Of a stretch of DNA of 64,000 nucleotides, positions 45,041 through 53,553 are shown in pieces. Every line of letters starts with the position of its first letter. The stretch's first letter is position 1. A program made the position numbers and the translations under genes. The stretch is from the sequence record NZ_CP010801.1; one strand, written 5' to 3'. The stretch comes from a plasmid. Below the pieces are notes generated by a model, which was given only the letters and a program-made list of their open reading frames with translations, searched no databases and was not told the origin of the DNA.

Positions 45041-46339
45041 ATGCCGGATATTGACCGCTATCTCGAAGCCGCGACCCGCGATAACACGCGGCGCAGCTAC
45101 CAATCGGCCATTCGGCATTTCGAGGTCGAGTGGGGAGGCTTCCTGCCGGCGAGCGCCGACAGCATTGCGCGCTACCTGGCCGACCACGCGCAGACGCTTG
45201 CCATCAACACGCTGCGTCAGCGCCTTGCTGCGATCGGGCAGTGGCACGTTTCACAGGGTTTCCCCGACCCGACCCGGGCGCCACACGTGCGGAAGGTGCT
45301 CAAGGGCATCCAGGCACTGCACCCTGCCCAGGAGCGGCGCGCCAAACCGCTGCAACTCATGCAACTGGAGCGATTGGTCGCGTGGCTCGATGCCCAGATC
45401 GCCACAGCTACGGTGGCAAATGCGGGCCGTCAACTCCAGGTCCACACCCGTAACAAGGCGCTGGTGCTGATCGGCTTCTGGCGGGGTTTCCGATCGGACG
45501 AACTGAGCCGGCTGCAGATCGAGCACATCACCGTCGAACCTGGGCGCGGCATGACCATCTTCCTGCCGCGCACCAAGACAGACCACGTTGGTACGACGCA
45601 CCGGGCACCGGCCTTGTCGCGTCTGTGCCCGGTGGCGGCCTACGAGGCATGGCTGGCCGCATCCGGCTTGACGCGGGGTCCGGTTTTTCGGCGCATCGAT
45701 CGCTGGGGGAAGATCGCCGACGCCGGGCTGCAGGCCGCCAGCGTCGTGCCCTTGTTGCGAACGTTGTTCCAGGAAGCCGGCCTGCCCGAGGCGGCTCGCT
45801 ATAGCAGTCACTCGCTGCGGCGCGGCTTTGCCTCCTGGGCCAACGCGAACCAGTGGGATCTCAAGATGCTGATGGAGTACGTCGGCTGGAAGGATGTCCG
45901 CTCCGCCATGCGCTACATTGACGCGGCAGACCCATTCGCACAACACCGTATCGAATCGGCGCTGGCGCCGCCTGCAGCACCTATGCCACCGCGGGCCATC
46001 CCACCCGCATCGACGGAGCAGCGCCCCATGGCTGTGCCCAAGCCCGTGGCTCAGACGCGCTTGATCGTGCGCCTCTATATCGAGCGCAACAGCAAGTTCG
46101 TGCGCGGCAAGTCCAAGGCGCGTCGCTGGATTGAGCAGTGCTGCTTGGCCCAGTACCAAATGCGGCCGCTGGAGGGCCCCCGCACCGAATACGAGATCGT
46201 GATGCCGTTTGCCGCTGGCCCCGAACTGGAACAGGCCATCGCGGAACTGATTGCGGAGATGCACGACCAGGCGGACCTGTGCAACTGCTTTGTCGAGGTG
46301 ACGCTGCACGATCCGGTGACCGATACCCACTGGAGCTAA
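45041..46339 (+). CDS. Tyrosine recombinase (XerD-like core) with a ~120-aa C-terminal extension of unknown function
   Basis: Catalytic R...HSLRRGFA...Y region; convergent with and 26 nt from the tnpA 3' end. Confidence 0.65.
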   Translation: MPDIDRYLEAATRDNTRRSYQSAIRHFEVEWGGFLPASADSIARYLADHAQTLAINTLRQRLAAIGQWHVSQGFPDPTRAPHVRKVLKGIQALHPAQERRAKPLQLMQLERLVAWLDAQIATATVANAGRQLQVHTRNKALVLIGFWRGFRSDELSRLQIEHITVEPGRGMTIFLPRTKTDHVGTTHRAPALSRLCPVAAYEAWLAASGLTRGPVFRRIDRWGKIADAGLQAASVVPLLRTLFQEAGLPEAARYSSHSLRRGFASWANANQWDLKMLMEYVGWKDVRSAMRYIDAADPFAQHRIESALAPPAAPMPPRAIPPASTEQRPMAVPKPVAQTRLIVRLYIERNSKFVRGKSKARRWIEQCCLAQYQMRPLEGPRTEYEIVMPFAAGPELEQAIAELIAEMHDQADLCNCFVEVTLHDPVTDTHWS

Positions 46340-46364
46340 TCAGCCTGGGACTTGCGAATTGCCA

Positions 46365-49340
46365 TTATCCCGCACGCCGGCGAGGCGCTGCCTCCAGCAG
46401 GGTGTCCTGGTACTGGTGGATCGGGAAACTCAGGATGCCCCGGAAATTCACATGCGCGAAGTGGGCCGGGCCCATGCGGCGCAGCCAGTCGTCTTCGACG
46501 CGCAGCCCCTTGCGGCGCCACGCATCGACCGTGGCCTGCATACGCTGCGTGTTCCAGGCAATCACCAGGTTCGTCAGTAGGGTCAGCGATCCGGAAATCG
46601 CGATCATTTCGTCCTGACGGCGCCCGCGGTCATGTGCCACCTTGCTGGAATAGATGGCCCGCTGAAGCTGGTGGACCGACTCACCCCGATTGAGCAGGGT
46701 GCGCAACTCGCGGCGAAACTCCGCATTGCTGAAGAAGTCGCACAGGAACAGCGTGCGCAGCAGTTTGCCCAGGTGATCCGCAGCTTTGTGGATGGGGTCG
46801 CCTTGGGCGGCGCTGCCGAAGCGCTGCAGCGCGACAATCGCACTCACGCGTCCCGAATAGATTGACGCCACCAAGCGCAGCAACCCATCCCAGCCCTCAC
46901 GAATAGTCTTGAGCGAGATCTCGTGAGACGCTGCGGCCGACAAGCCGTCGCTCACTAGCAGCCCACGCGGCACGTACAGCTTGCGCTCGGACAGGTTGCG
47001 AAGCCATGGGCACAGGTCAAAGCCGAGCAATTTGGCCACCGCCATCCCCACGTTCGTATAGCCGTGCGTATCGACCGCGAGCCGGAGGAGCCCGCCGCCG
47101 GTACGGGTCTCGTTGTGGCGCAGCACGCCTTCGATCGCTACGCCGGTCTGCCGCTCGTTGAGCACCATGGGCTGGTTGTACGCGATACCGTGCTGGTCCA
47201 GCACGTGGGTGTAGATGCCAACCGCATGGGTGCGCCGGCGCGGATCGGCGCGTGCGTAAAACAAGTGGGGTGAGGTATCCAGGCTCATCGAGTCGCTCGA
47301 CGCCTGCTGACCGGTTCCCCACAGCTCGGTGATCGCGTGCGTGCGTTGGAACTCCACCACGCGCTCATTCGCGCGGCGCAGCCGCCCCGGCATCTCCAAC
47401 GCGCGCATCGCAGTAGAGACGTGCGCCGTGTCCAATTGCGGGATCATGGCCGCCACACCCTTGGCATCCAGTTCGGTACCGTGGGCGATCAATGCAGCGT
47501 AGAGCGAGATCAACTCGTGCGCATCGCGCGCCTTGCGTGCGAGCAGCACCTCGCTGAAATTCGTACGGGCATCCATCTCCAGGATCATGTCGGCAAACTG
47601 CGCGCTGCCAATGTCCTTGAAGAGCAGATCACGTGTACGCGTGGGTACACCGTCGGTTGGGGCCGCGTCCAGCGGCGACAGATGCAACACACCGTTCGCA
47701 TCCATCGTGAAGTGACCCGCCTCGCGGGCCTCGTCCAGCGCCGCAAGACCTGCCTTCAGATGATCCGTGAGGCGGTTGAGGTAGGTGTCAGCCTGGTTCG
47801 GCAAACCGATCGAGGACAGATACCGGTCCCGCTCCGATTCCCACTGTGTCGGCGGGATCAGCAACTGATCGCGCTCCCGGAACGACAGGCTGTGGCTGAT
47901 CCAGACCGTGCCGCGGCGCAGAGCTTTGCGCAAGCCCGTGATCGCGCAGGCTTCCATCGCGCGCAGCGCGCGCTTACGATCTTCGCCATCGACCAAATCA
48001 CGCCAGCTTGCGCTCACCGGCACATTGCAATCGGGCGGCAGTTCCGTCGCACCATGTTCGTACAGCTTGCCGATGACCTCAAGCTGCCGCATGACCGGCT
48101 CGTTGCCGTTTCCGGCCAGCTCCAATTCCCGCAGGGGCGCCAGCAGGTTGCGGATGCGGTGGTGATCTTCTGTGAGTGTTTCGCGCACGCTCGCGGCATG
48201 GCTTGCGGTGGGCTTGGCAGACAGGCCTTCGAGCAGCTGGCCGATGTCTGCCAGGCGCGCTTCGGCCGAGCGACTGTCGTCGTCAACCAGCCCCTTGATC
48301 TCGACCAGTTGCTGCCGGTATTGGAGCGCCGAGCGCGCTTGCTTCGTAGTGGTCTTGTTGTAGGCCTGCCTGATGAGATCGGAGACGCGGCGTCCGGCCT
48401 GGTAGGCCATCGCGTCCGTCAACTCCAGCAGGGTCACACGCAGGAAGAACAACAGTTCGATGGTGCGCGTGGACGTTTTCAGTTCGCGGATCTTGGCAGG
48501 ACGGCGGGCCTGGACGCGCTGGCCATAGGCGCGTTGTTTCTCGATCGGGATGCCATCCAACGCCCAGGTATGCGCGCCCAGTCCTTTGAGAAAGCGGATT
48601 TTGTCCAGCGTCTCGCTCATGGTGGACGGGCTGTGGCGTGCGGGCGGCGTCTTGAGCCATTCCAGCACGGTCGAACTGGAGGCCGCATGCTGGGCAAATA
48701 CAGCGGCCTCAGCCCGCGCAACCTGCTCCATGGGCACGACCGCTTCAATCGTGGCCAGCAGGTCACGCTCGATGCTCGCCCAAATGGAACGCGCCAAGTC
48801 CTGCAACGCGCGCGTGGAAGGGATCAGAATCCGCCGTTCGTACAGCCAGTAGTTGGCGTGCTGGACCAGCTCGTCCAGCGACAGCGATTCGGTGGCGTCC
48901 TGCCGCATCCAGGCTTCGAGGCCCGTCCACTGGTCTTCATCCAGCCGCCTCAGGCCGAGGTAATCGCAAGCCCAGACCTGATGCTCGTAAAGCGTCTTGT
49001 AGCGTTGGTAGATTGTGCGTAGTGACGCAATGGTCGGGGTTGGCAAGCCGAGCTTGTCGCCGACGTAGCGCAGCAACTGCCGGGGTAGGGTATTGAGCTG
49101 GTCGAGGGTGCGGCCGCTAGCACGCAGGAAAACCAGCTGAATGGCGGCGCCGGCTCGCCCGTCCCGTCGGAACTTGTTGTTAATCGCGGCGATATCGCTG
49201 CCGGTCAAGGCAAAGTAATGATCGATATCGAACTCGGATAAGCGGGCCGGTAAGCAGTCCTTTCCCACATAGCGAAATTGCAAGTCCGACATCTTCCGCC
49301 CCCGTTCAGGTGACGCGATCCGAAATCGCGGGGCGGACAT
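46365..49340 (-). CDS. tnpA: Tn3-family transposase
   Basis: 991 aa (possible start at MSDLQF, 49292); starts ~70 nt inside the IR at 49409-49457. Confidence 0.8.
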   Translation of the reverse strand: MSAPRFRIASPERGRKMSDLQFRYVGKDCLPARLSEFDIDHYFALTGSDIAAINNKFRRDGRAGAAIQLVFLRASGRTLDQLNTLPRQLLRYVGDKLGLPTPTIASLRTIYQRYKTLYEHQVWACDYLGLRRLDEDQWTGLEAWMRQDATESLSLDELVQHANYWLYERRILIPSTRALQDLARSIWASIERDLLATIEAVVPMEQVARAEAAVFAQHAASSSTVLEWLKTPPARHSPSTMSETLDKIRFLKGLGAHTWALDGIPIEKQRAYGQRVQARRPAKIRELKTSTRTIELLFFLRVTLLELTDAMAYQAGRRVSDLIRQAYNKTTTKQARSALQYRQQLVEIKGLVDDDSRSAEARLADIGQLLEGLSAKPTASHAASVRETLTEDHHRIRNLLAPLRELELAGNGNEPVMRQLEVIGKLYEHGATELPPDCNVPVSASWRDLVDGEDRKRALRAMEACAITGLRKALRRGTVWISHSLSFRERDQLLIPPTQWESERDRYLSSIGLPNQADTYLNRLTDHLKAGLAALDEAREAGHFTMDANGVLHLSPLDAAPTDGVPTRTRDLLFKDIGSAQFADMILEMDARTNFSEVLLARKARDAHELISLYAALIAHGTELDAKGVAAMIPQLDTAHVSTAMRALEMPGRLRRANERVVEFQRTHAITELWGTGQQASSDSMSLDTSPHLFYARADPRRRTHAVGIYTHVLDQHGIAYNQPMVLNERQTGVAIEGVLRHNETRTGGGLLRLAVDTHGYTNVGMAVAKLLGFDLCPWLRNLSERKLYVPRGLLVSDGLSAAASHEISLKTIREGWDGLLRLVASIYSGRVSAIVALQRFGSAAQGDPIHKAADHLGKLLRTLFLCDFFSNAEFRRELRTLLNRGESVHQLQRAIYSSKVAHDRGRRQDEMIAISGSLTLLTNLVIAWNTQRMQATVDAWRRKGLRVEDDWLRRMGPAHFAHVNFRGILSFPIHQYQDTLLEAAPRRRAG

Positions 49341-49408
49341 CGTACTCCCGAAGACGCCGGAAGGCAGCAGACAATAGTCGGAATCACCTGGAAAGCCTTA
49401 TGAAAAAA

Positions 49409-49457
49409 GGCTTTGCCGGGAAACCGCCAGATTTTGCACGAGAAGTACGATTACCCC
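49409..49457 (-). repeat. Candidate Tn3-family terminal IR (GGGGTAATCGTACTTCTCGTGCAAAATCTGGCGGTTTCCCGGCAAAGCC read inward)
   Basis: GGGG terminus at the expected distance upstream of tnpA; no partner found in the window. Confidence 0.5.
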
Positions 49458-49506
49458 TACGAGCGATACCGAACTGGCATACGGTGACGAAGCAGACCTC
49501 GCAACA

Positions 49507-49731
49507 ATGCGCGCAGAGCATGAAGCGAGATTCACTGCTCAGGCCGCGCTGACCAAGCGGCTTGGCCAGGTCGAATCAGCACTGGTCCGCTTGCGCCGCG
49601 GGGAATATGGGATCTGTGAACTCACAGGGGAAGAGATCCCCATCGAACGCCTGCGTGCAAATCCGCTGGCGACGCGCACGATCGAGGCACAAGAGCGCGC
49701 CGAGCGCCGCAGCCGACTGTTCGCAGTCTGA
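49507..49731 (+). CDS. TraR/DksA-family small protein (single-Cys variant)
   Basis: 74 aa, C-terminal region resembles TraR/DksA (GICELTGEEIP...RTIEAQERAER). Confidence 0.55.
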   Translation: MRAEHEARFTAQAALTKRLGQVESALVRLRRGEYGICELTGEEIPIERLRANPLATRTIEAQERAERRSRLFAV

Positions 49732-49739
49732 GAACGATC

Positions 49740-50156
49740 ATGAGCAAAAGCCCGACCACAGGCCGCCAGTACAACGCTCAGGCAACTTCAGACGCATCTA
49801 CGCCCTATCGGGGGTGTTTCGTGTCCGGCGATTGGCTCGAGGGATGCCCTCGAATCCTTGCGTACGCGAAGGGGCTCAATTGGGCCGAGCCGCTATTTCC
49901 GAAGGATTCCGTGGTGGAGATTGTGCGCCTGATGCGGGGCAAAGTGATCTTCGACGAGGCCGCGTACGCCGTGAGTGTGTTCGAGGACTCTGGCGCGGCA
50001 ACGACTATAGGCGTACAGCAGATCACCATCGAGGGCAAACGTGTCGAGGTGTACCAAGTTGGCGCTGGATGGAACTGGGTCGATGCGGACCTACCTGCGC
50101 TTCAGGCCCGACGGAGCGAATGGCGTGTGAGACAGGTGAAGCCGACGGGACGCTGA
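49740..50156 (+). CDS. Hypothetical protein
   Basis: 138 aa, no family recognised. Confidence 0.4.
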   Translation: MSKSPTTGRQYNAQATSDASTPYRGCFVSGDWLEGCPRILAYAKGLNWAEPLFPKDSVVEIVRLMRGKVIFDEAAYAVSVFEDSGAATTIGVQQITIEGKRVEVYQVGAGWNWVDADLPALQARRSEWRVRQVKPTGR

Positions 50157-50301
50157 GTCGCCCGCAGAAACAGGTACGCAACGCGTGATTGGATAAGCAA
50201 TTACTAGATAACTATGTTGCTACATGACCAATGCGTGCAACTTAACCAAAATTCGTCCTACAATGGGCGCCAAGATCAACCAACTTCTTCCTGAGACAAC
50301 C

Positions 50302-51045
50302 ATGCGCAGCTTTACCGATCTCTGCACGATGGCCTTCGAGCGTTTGCGTTCCCCAGTCGATGGGGCGTTGAACGTCTCCTTCTACGCAATGGATCGTGCG
50401 ACCCCGTCACTGCATGTTGTCGAGTGCCGCCCGGAAGTCGCCTCCTTTTACGCCGAGGGACAAATCCCCGGTCATGAGGAGGTTGGCGCCATCACATGTG
50501 GAATGACGCCAGGCGAGGTCCGCGTTGGGTTGATCATGCCGCCGTCGGCAGTGTTCGGCGACGCTCAGTCGCTCAAGATGGAGATCAGTCACGCCTACGA
50601 CGGTTTGCCGGCCGACATCATTCGCACGCTGCCAGGCCGGCGCACGTTGTTCGATCGTGTCTTCAACGAAGCCCCGTTCGACGCGCACTGGATGCGACAG
50701 GCTCTGGAGGATGACGCGGCAGCGCAAATGCTGGTCGAGCGCCTGAGCTACATTGTCAGCACCATTTGGCGCACCGGCATGCAGGTGCTTGCTGACGCCG
50801 GCATGATGGAGTTGAGCGACACGGTACTTGTCTGGAGCGCAGTGCAACTGCAGCCCCACGACATCTGCAAGAAATTCCACGTCGTAATCGTCGACAGCGC
50901 TCGTCAGGAAGATGGGCGCTGGGTAACAGTGCTGCGTTCAAACCTGCCGGCCAATTTCCTCGAGAAGGCGATGAATTCGGAGGGCTACGAAGTCACGGTC
51001 AGTTCAGTGGAGGATGTCCAGGAGATGCCAGAACTGGCAGCTTGA
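50302..51045 (+). CDS. Hypothetical protein
   Basis: 247 aa (ORF opens at 50224); preceded by an AT-rich intergenic stretch. Confidence 0.4.
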   Translation: MRSFTDLCTMAFERLRSPVDGALNVSFYAMDRATPSLHVVECRPEVASFYAEGQIPGHEEVGAITCGMTPGEVRVGLIMPPSAVFGDAQSLKMEISHAYDGLPADIIRTLPGRRTLFDRVFNEAPFDAHWMRQALEDDAAAQMLVERLSYIVSTIWRTGMQVLADAGMMELSDTVLVWSAVQLQPHDICKKFHVVIVDSARQEDGRWVTVLRSNLPANFLEKAMNSEGYEVTVSSVEDVQEMPELAA

Positions 51046-51100
51046 CGAGCACCTGGCAGTCGAACCCAAAGCCGCGCGGCCTGAAAACCGCGCGGCTTTT

Positions 51101-51367
51101 TCATATGTCCTCGCTATAGCTCGTTCGCTTGCGATCGAGCTCCATGAGCACCTTAGCGCGCGGCTGCAGATTGCGCAGAACCGTCGCGTGCGCCTCCCAC
51201 AGCAAGTGCAGAAGGCTCTTGACGTGCCCCCAAAGGGCCGAGTGCGGCGACAACTCCTTGAACATCCACACGAGGATGGCCCGCAGCGGAGGCAGTACCA
51301 GGAACGCCAGCAGGACGAAAAATCCGTAGAAAAGCAGGGACGCGACGTTGATTGAAGAGCCGTGCAT
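51101..51367 (-). CDS. Small hypothetical membrane protein
   Basis: 88 aa, one strongly hydrophobic segment. Confidence 0.35.
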   Translation of the reverse strand: MHGSSINVASLLFYGFFVLLAFLVLPPLRAILVWMFKELSPHSALWGHVKSLLHLLWEAHATVLRNLQPRAKVLMELDRKRTSYSEDI

Positions 51368-51517
51368 AACTGGTATTCCGAAGAAATGTGATTAGACATT
51401 ATATGGCTTCGTTGCGTTACTTAGCATTGCCGTGCTAGCATAATTCTAGTTATGCCGCCTCTCGAAAAGAGACAACCACACGTCTGACAGCAGGACACGC
51501 CTGTTTGTCCCGAGTAC

Positions 51518-51835
51518 ATGCAACTCAATCCCTCCAAACCGGTTCTGGGCATCGTCTCCACGCTTGCCTTCCTGTACTTGATTTACCTCTTCCTGACCGG
51601 TGATCCGCTGGAGAGGATCAACAGGACGTGCGCGCCATTGTTCCAGTGGCCAGCGAAGGTCGTTATTGGCGGAGTGCGAATCTTTTCCCCCGGCTCCGCA
51701 CAGGCAGTGGAATCCAAGTTCGATACCGGCTTCCAAACATGCCGGCAGTGGGTCTGGAATTCGTTCTATGCCGCCGACTACGCGCGTCTGCGGACTCGCA
51801 CTGCCGAGGACAATCGAGGCGGGGCCAACCAATGA
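51518..51835 (+). CDS. Small membrane protein immediately upstream of and overlapping trbB
   Basis: 105 aa, N-terminal TM; ATGA overlap with trbB. Confidence 0.4.
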   Translation: MQLNPSKPVLGIVSTLAFLYLIYLFLTGDPLERINRTCAPLFQWPAKVVIGGVRIFSPGSAQAVESKFDTGFQTCRQWVWNSFYAADYARLRTRTAEDNRGGANQ

Positions 51836-52896
51836 AGCGCCCATGGGCAAGCCAGGTTGAAGAGGCGCAGCGGCTATTGTGGGATCGGCTGTCTGCGCTG
51901 CGCGAATATCTCGATGACTCGACTGTCACCGAAATCATGCTCAACCCGACGGCAGACGGCGAGATCCGCGTCTTCATCGAACGGGCTGGTCGCATGGCGA
52001 TGGTGGACGCACGCGTCGATCAGATGGCGGTGGATGCCTCTATCCGCGCAATCATGATGCTCAACGACAAGGACGTCGGTTCGCTGATGGATGCTCGCCT
52101 GGCCGGCGTACGGGTCGCGGCGGCACTCCCACCAGTGTCGATTCACGGCCCGATGCTCGTCATCCGAAAGCACGCATCCAGGCGCTTTCGCCTGGATGAA
52201 TATGTGCAGAGCGGTGCGTTTCTACCGGGCGGCGGGGCGGCTGGCCAGCAAACCGAGCACGGTATGACCGCGCAGCAAGATTTCGAGCATCAGGCTTCCC
52301 AGGGTGGGCGGGGGCTGCTGGAATTTATACGGTGGGCGGTGCAGGCCCAGCGCAACATCATTGTTTGCGGCGGCACCGGGTCGGGTAAGACCACGCTGCT
52401 GTCGTCGTGCATGCTTGAGGTCTCCCCCGACGATCGCGTGATCACTTGCGAGGACACCAACGAGATCGTGCTGGACCAGCCGAACGTCGTTCAGCTGGAA
52501 GCAAACGCCGCGCATGGCATCGGGATCCGCGACTTGATCCGCACCTGCCTGCGTTCGCGCCCCGATCGGATCATCGTTGGCGAAATTCGCGGCCCGGAGG
52601 CCTACGACTTCCTGGACGCAATGAACACTGGCCACGGCGGCTCGCTATGCACGCTGCATGCCGACTCCGCCTCCCTGGCACTTCAGCGTCTTGAATCTCT
52701 CATGCGTATGTCCCCGAACGCGGCCAACTTGCCGCTGCGCGACATGCGCGCCCAGATCGCGTCAGCAATCCACTACGTCGTCTTCCAGGCGCGGGTGGAT
52801 GGCGTGCGTGGCCCCCGCGAGGTCATCGGCCTCGACGGGATCGACGAGCGCGGTGAGTACCGCATCCGCCGCGTTTACGCGGCATCTTCCACCTGA
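51832..52896 (+). CDS. trbB: VirB11-family T4SS ATPase (TrbB)
   Basis: Walker A GGTGSGKTT, His box, VirB11/PulE architecture. Confidence 0.85.
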   Translation: MKRPWASQVEEAQRLLWDRLSALREYLDDSTVTEIMLNPTADGEIRVFIERAGRMAMVDARVDQMAVDASIRAIMMLNDKDVGSLMDARLAGVRVAAALPPVSIHGPMLVIRKHASRRFRLDEYVQSGAFLPGGGAAGQQTEHGMTAQQDFEHQASQGGRGLLEFIRWAVQAQRNIIVCGGTGSGKTTLLSSCMLEVSPDDRVITCEDTNEIVLDQPNVVQLEANAAHGIGIRDLIRTCLRSRPDRIIVGEIRGPEAYDFLDAMNTGHGGSLCTLHADSASLALQRLESLMRMSPNAANLPLRDMRAQIASAIHYVVFQARVDGVRGPREVIGLDGIDERGEYRIRRVYAASST

Positions 52897-52905
52897 GGTC
52901 TTTCC

Positions 52906-53235
52906 ATGAAAAAGCGCGTTCTCTTTCCGGCCCTGTTGCTCGCCACCCTGCCTGGCGCCTCGTGGGCGCAATTCAACGGCAATGGTTCCAGCGGCGTGGC
53001 CAGCGGCATCGTCGCCGGCATCTGCGGCTTCATCAAGCCGTTCGTCGGCTCGAACTCGCAGGTGCTGTCGGTGGTCTTCCTGCTCACACTGGGCGTGATG
53101 GTGCTGCTGTGGATGCTCAATGAAAACAAGGAAGGCGTGATGGTCTGGCTGCTGCGCACCGGCGTTGCGCTGGCTCTGCTGATCAACATCTTCACGCTGC
53201 CGCAGCTGATCGGCCTGCCGGCCGTCGCCTGCTGA
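52906..53235 (+). CDS. trbC: VirB2-like pilin (TrbC)
   Basis: 109 aa, signal peptide plus two hydrophobic segments. Confidence 0.75.
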   Translation: MKKRVLFPALLLATLPGASWAQFNGNGSSGVASGIVAGICGFIKPFVGSNSQVLSVVFLLTLGVMVLLWMLNENKEGVMVWLLRTGVALALLINIFTLPQLIGLPAVAC

Positions 53236-53241
53236 TCAGGC

Positions 53242-53550
53242 ATGCGCCAATCCTACGACTGCGAGGGCGTCAACACGCCCAAGACGATTGCTGGCGTCGA
53301 ATGGAAGATCGTCGTCGGTGTCGGCCTGTTCTTCGGCTTCGGCGCGCTGATGTACCGCGTGCCGCAAGTCCTGATCCTGCCGGCACTGGTCATCATGTTC
53401 CTGCGCGGTCCAGGCCTGCGCGATCCGTTCTTCCTGCGCGTCTATCTGCGCCACCGGGCGCACCGCGACCGGTACTCGCCGGCGTACTGCGCGCTTCCCA
53501 ACCTGCGTTTCCCACGCCCGCCCGGCTTCGGGCGGCGCAACTGGTTCTGA
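53242..53550 (+). CDS. trbD: VirB3-like protein (TrbD)
   Basis: 102 aa membrane protein immediately upstream of the VirB4 homologue. Confidence 0.7.
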   Translation: MRQSYDCEGVNTPKTIAGVEWKIVVGVGLFFGFGALMYRVPQVLILPALVIMFLRGPGLRDPFFLRVYLRHRAHRDRYSPAYCALPNLRFPRPPGFGRRNWF

Positions 53551-53553
53551 GCG

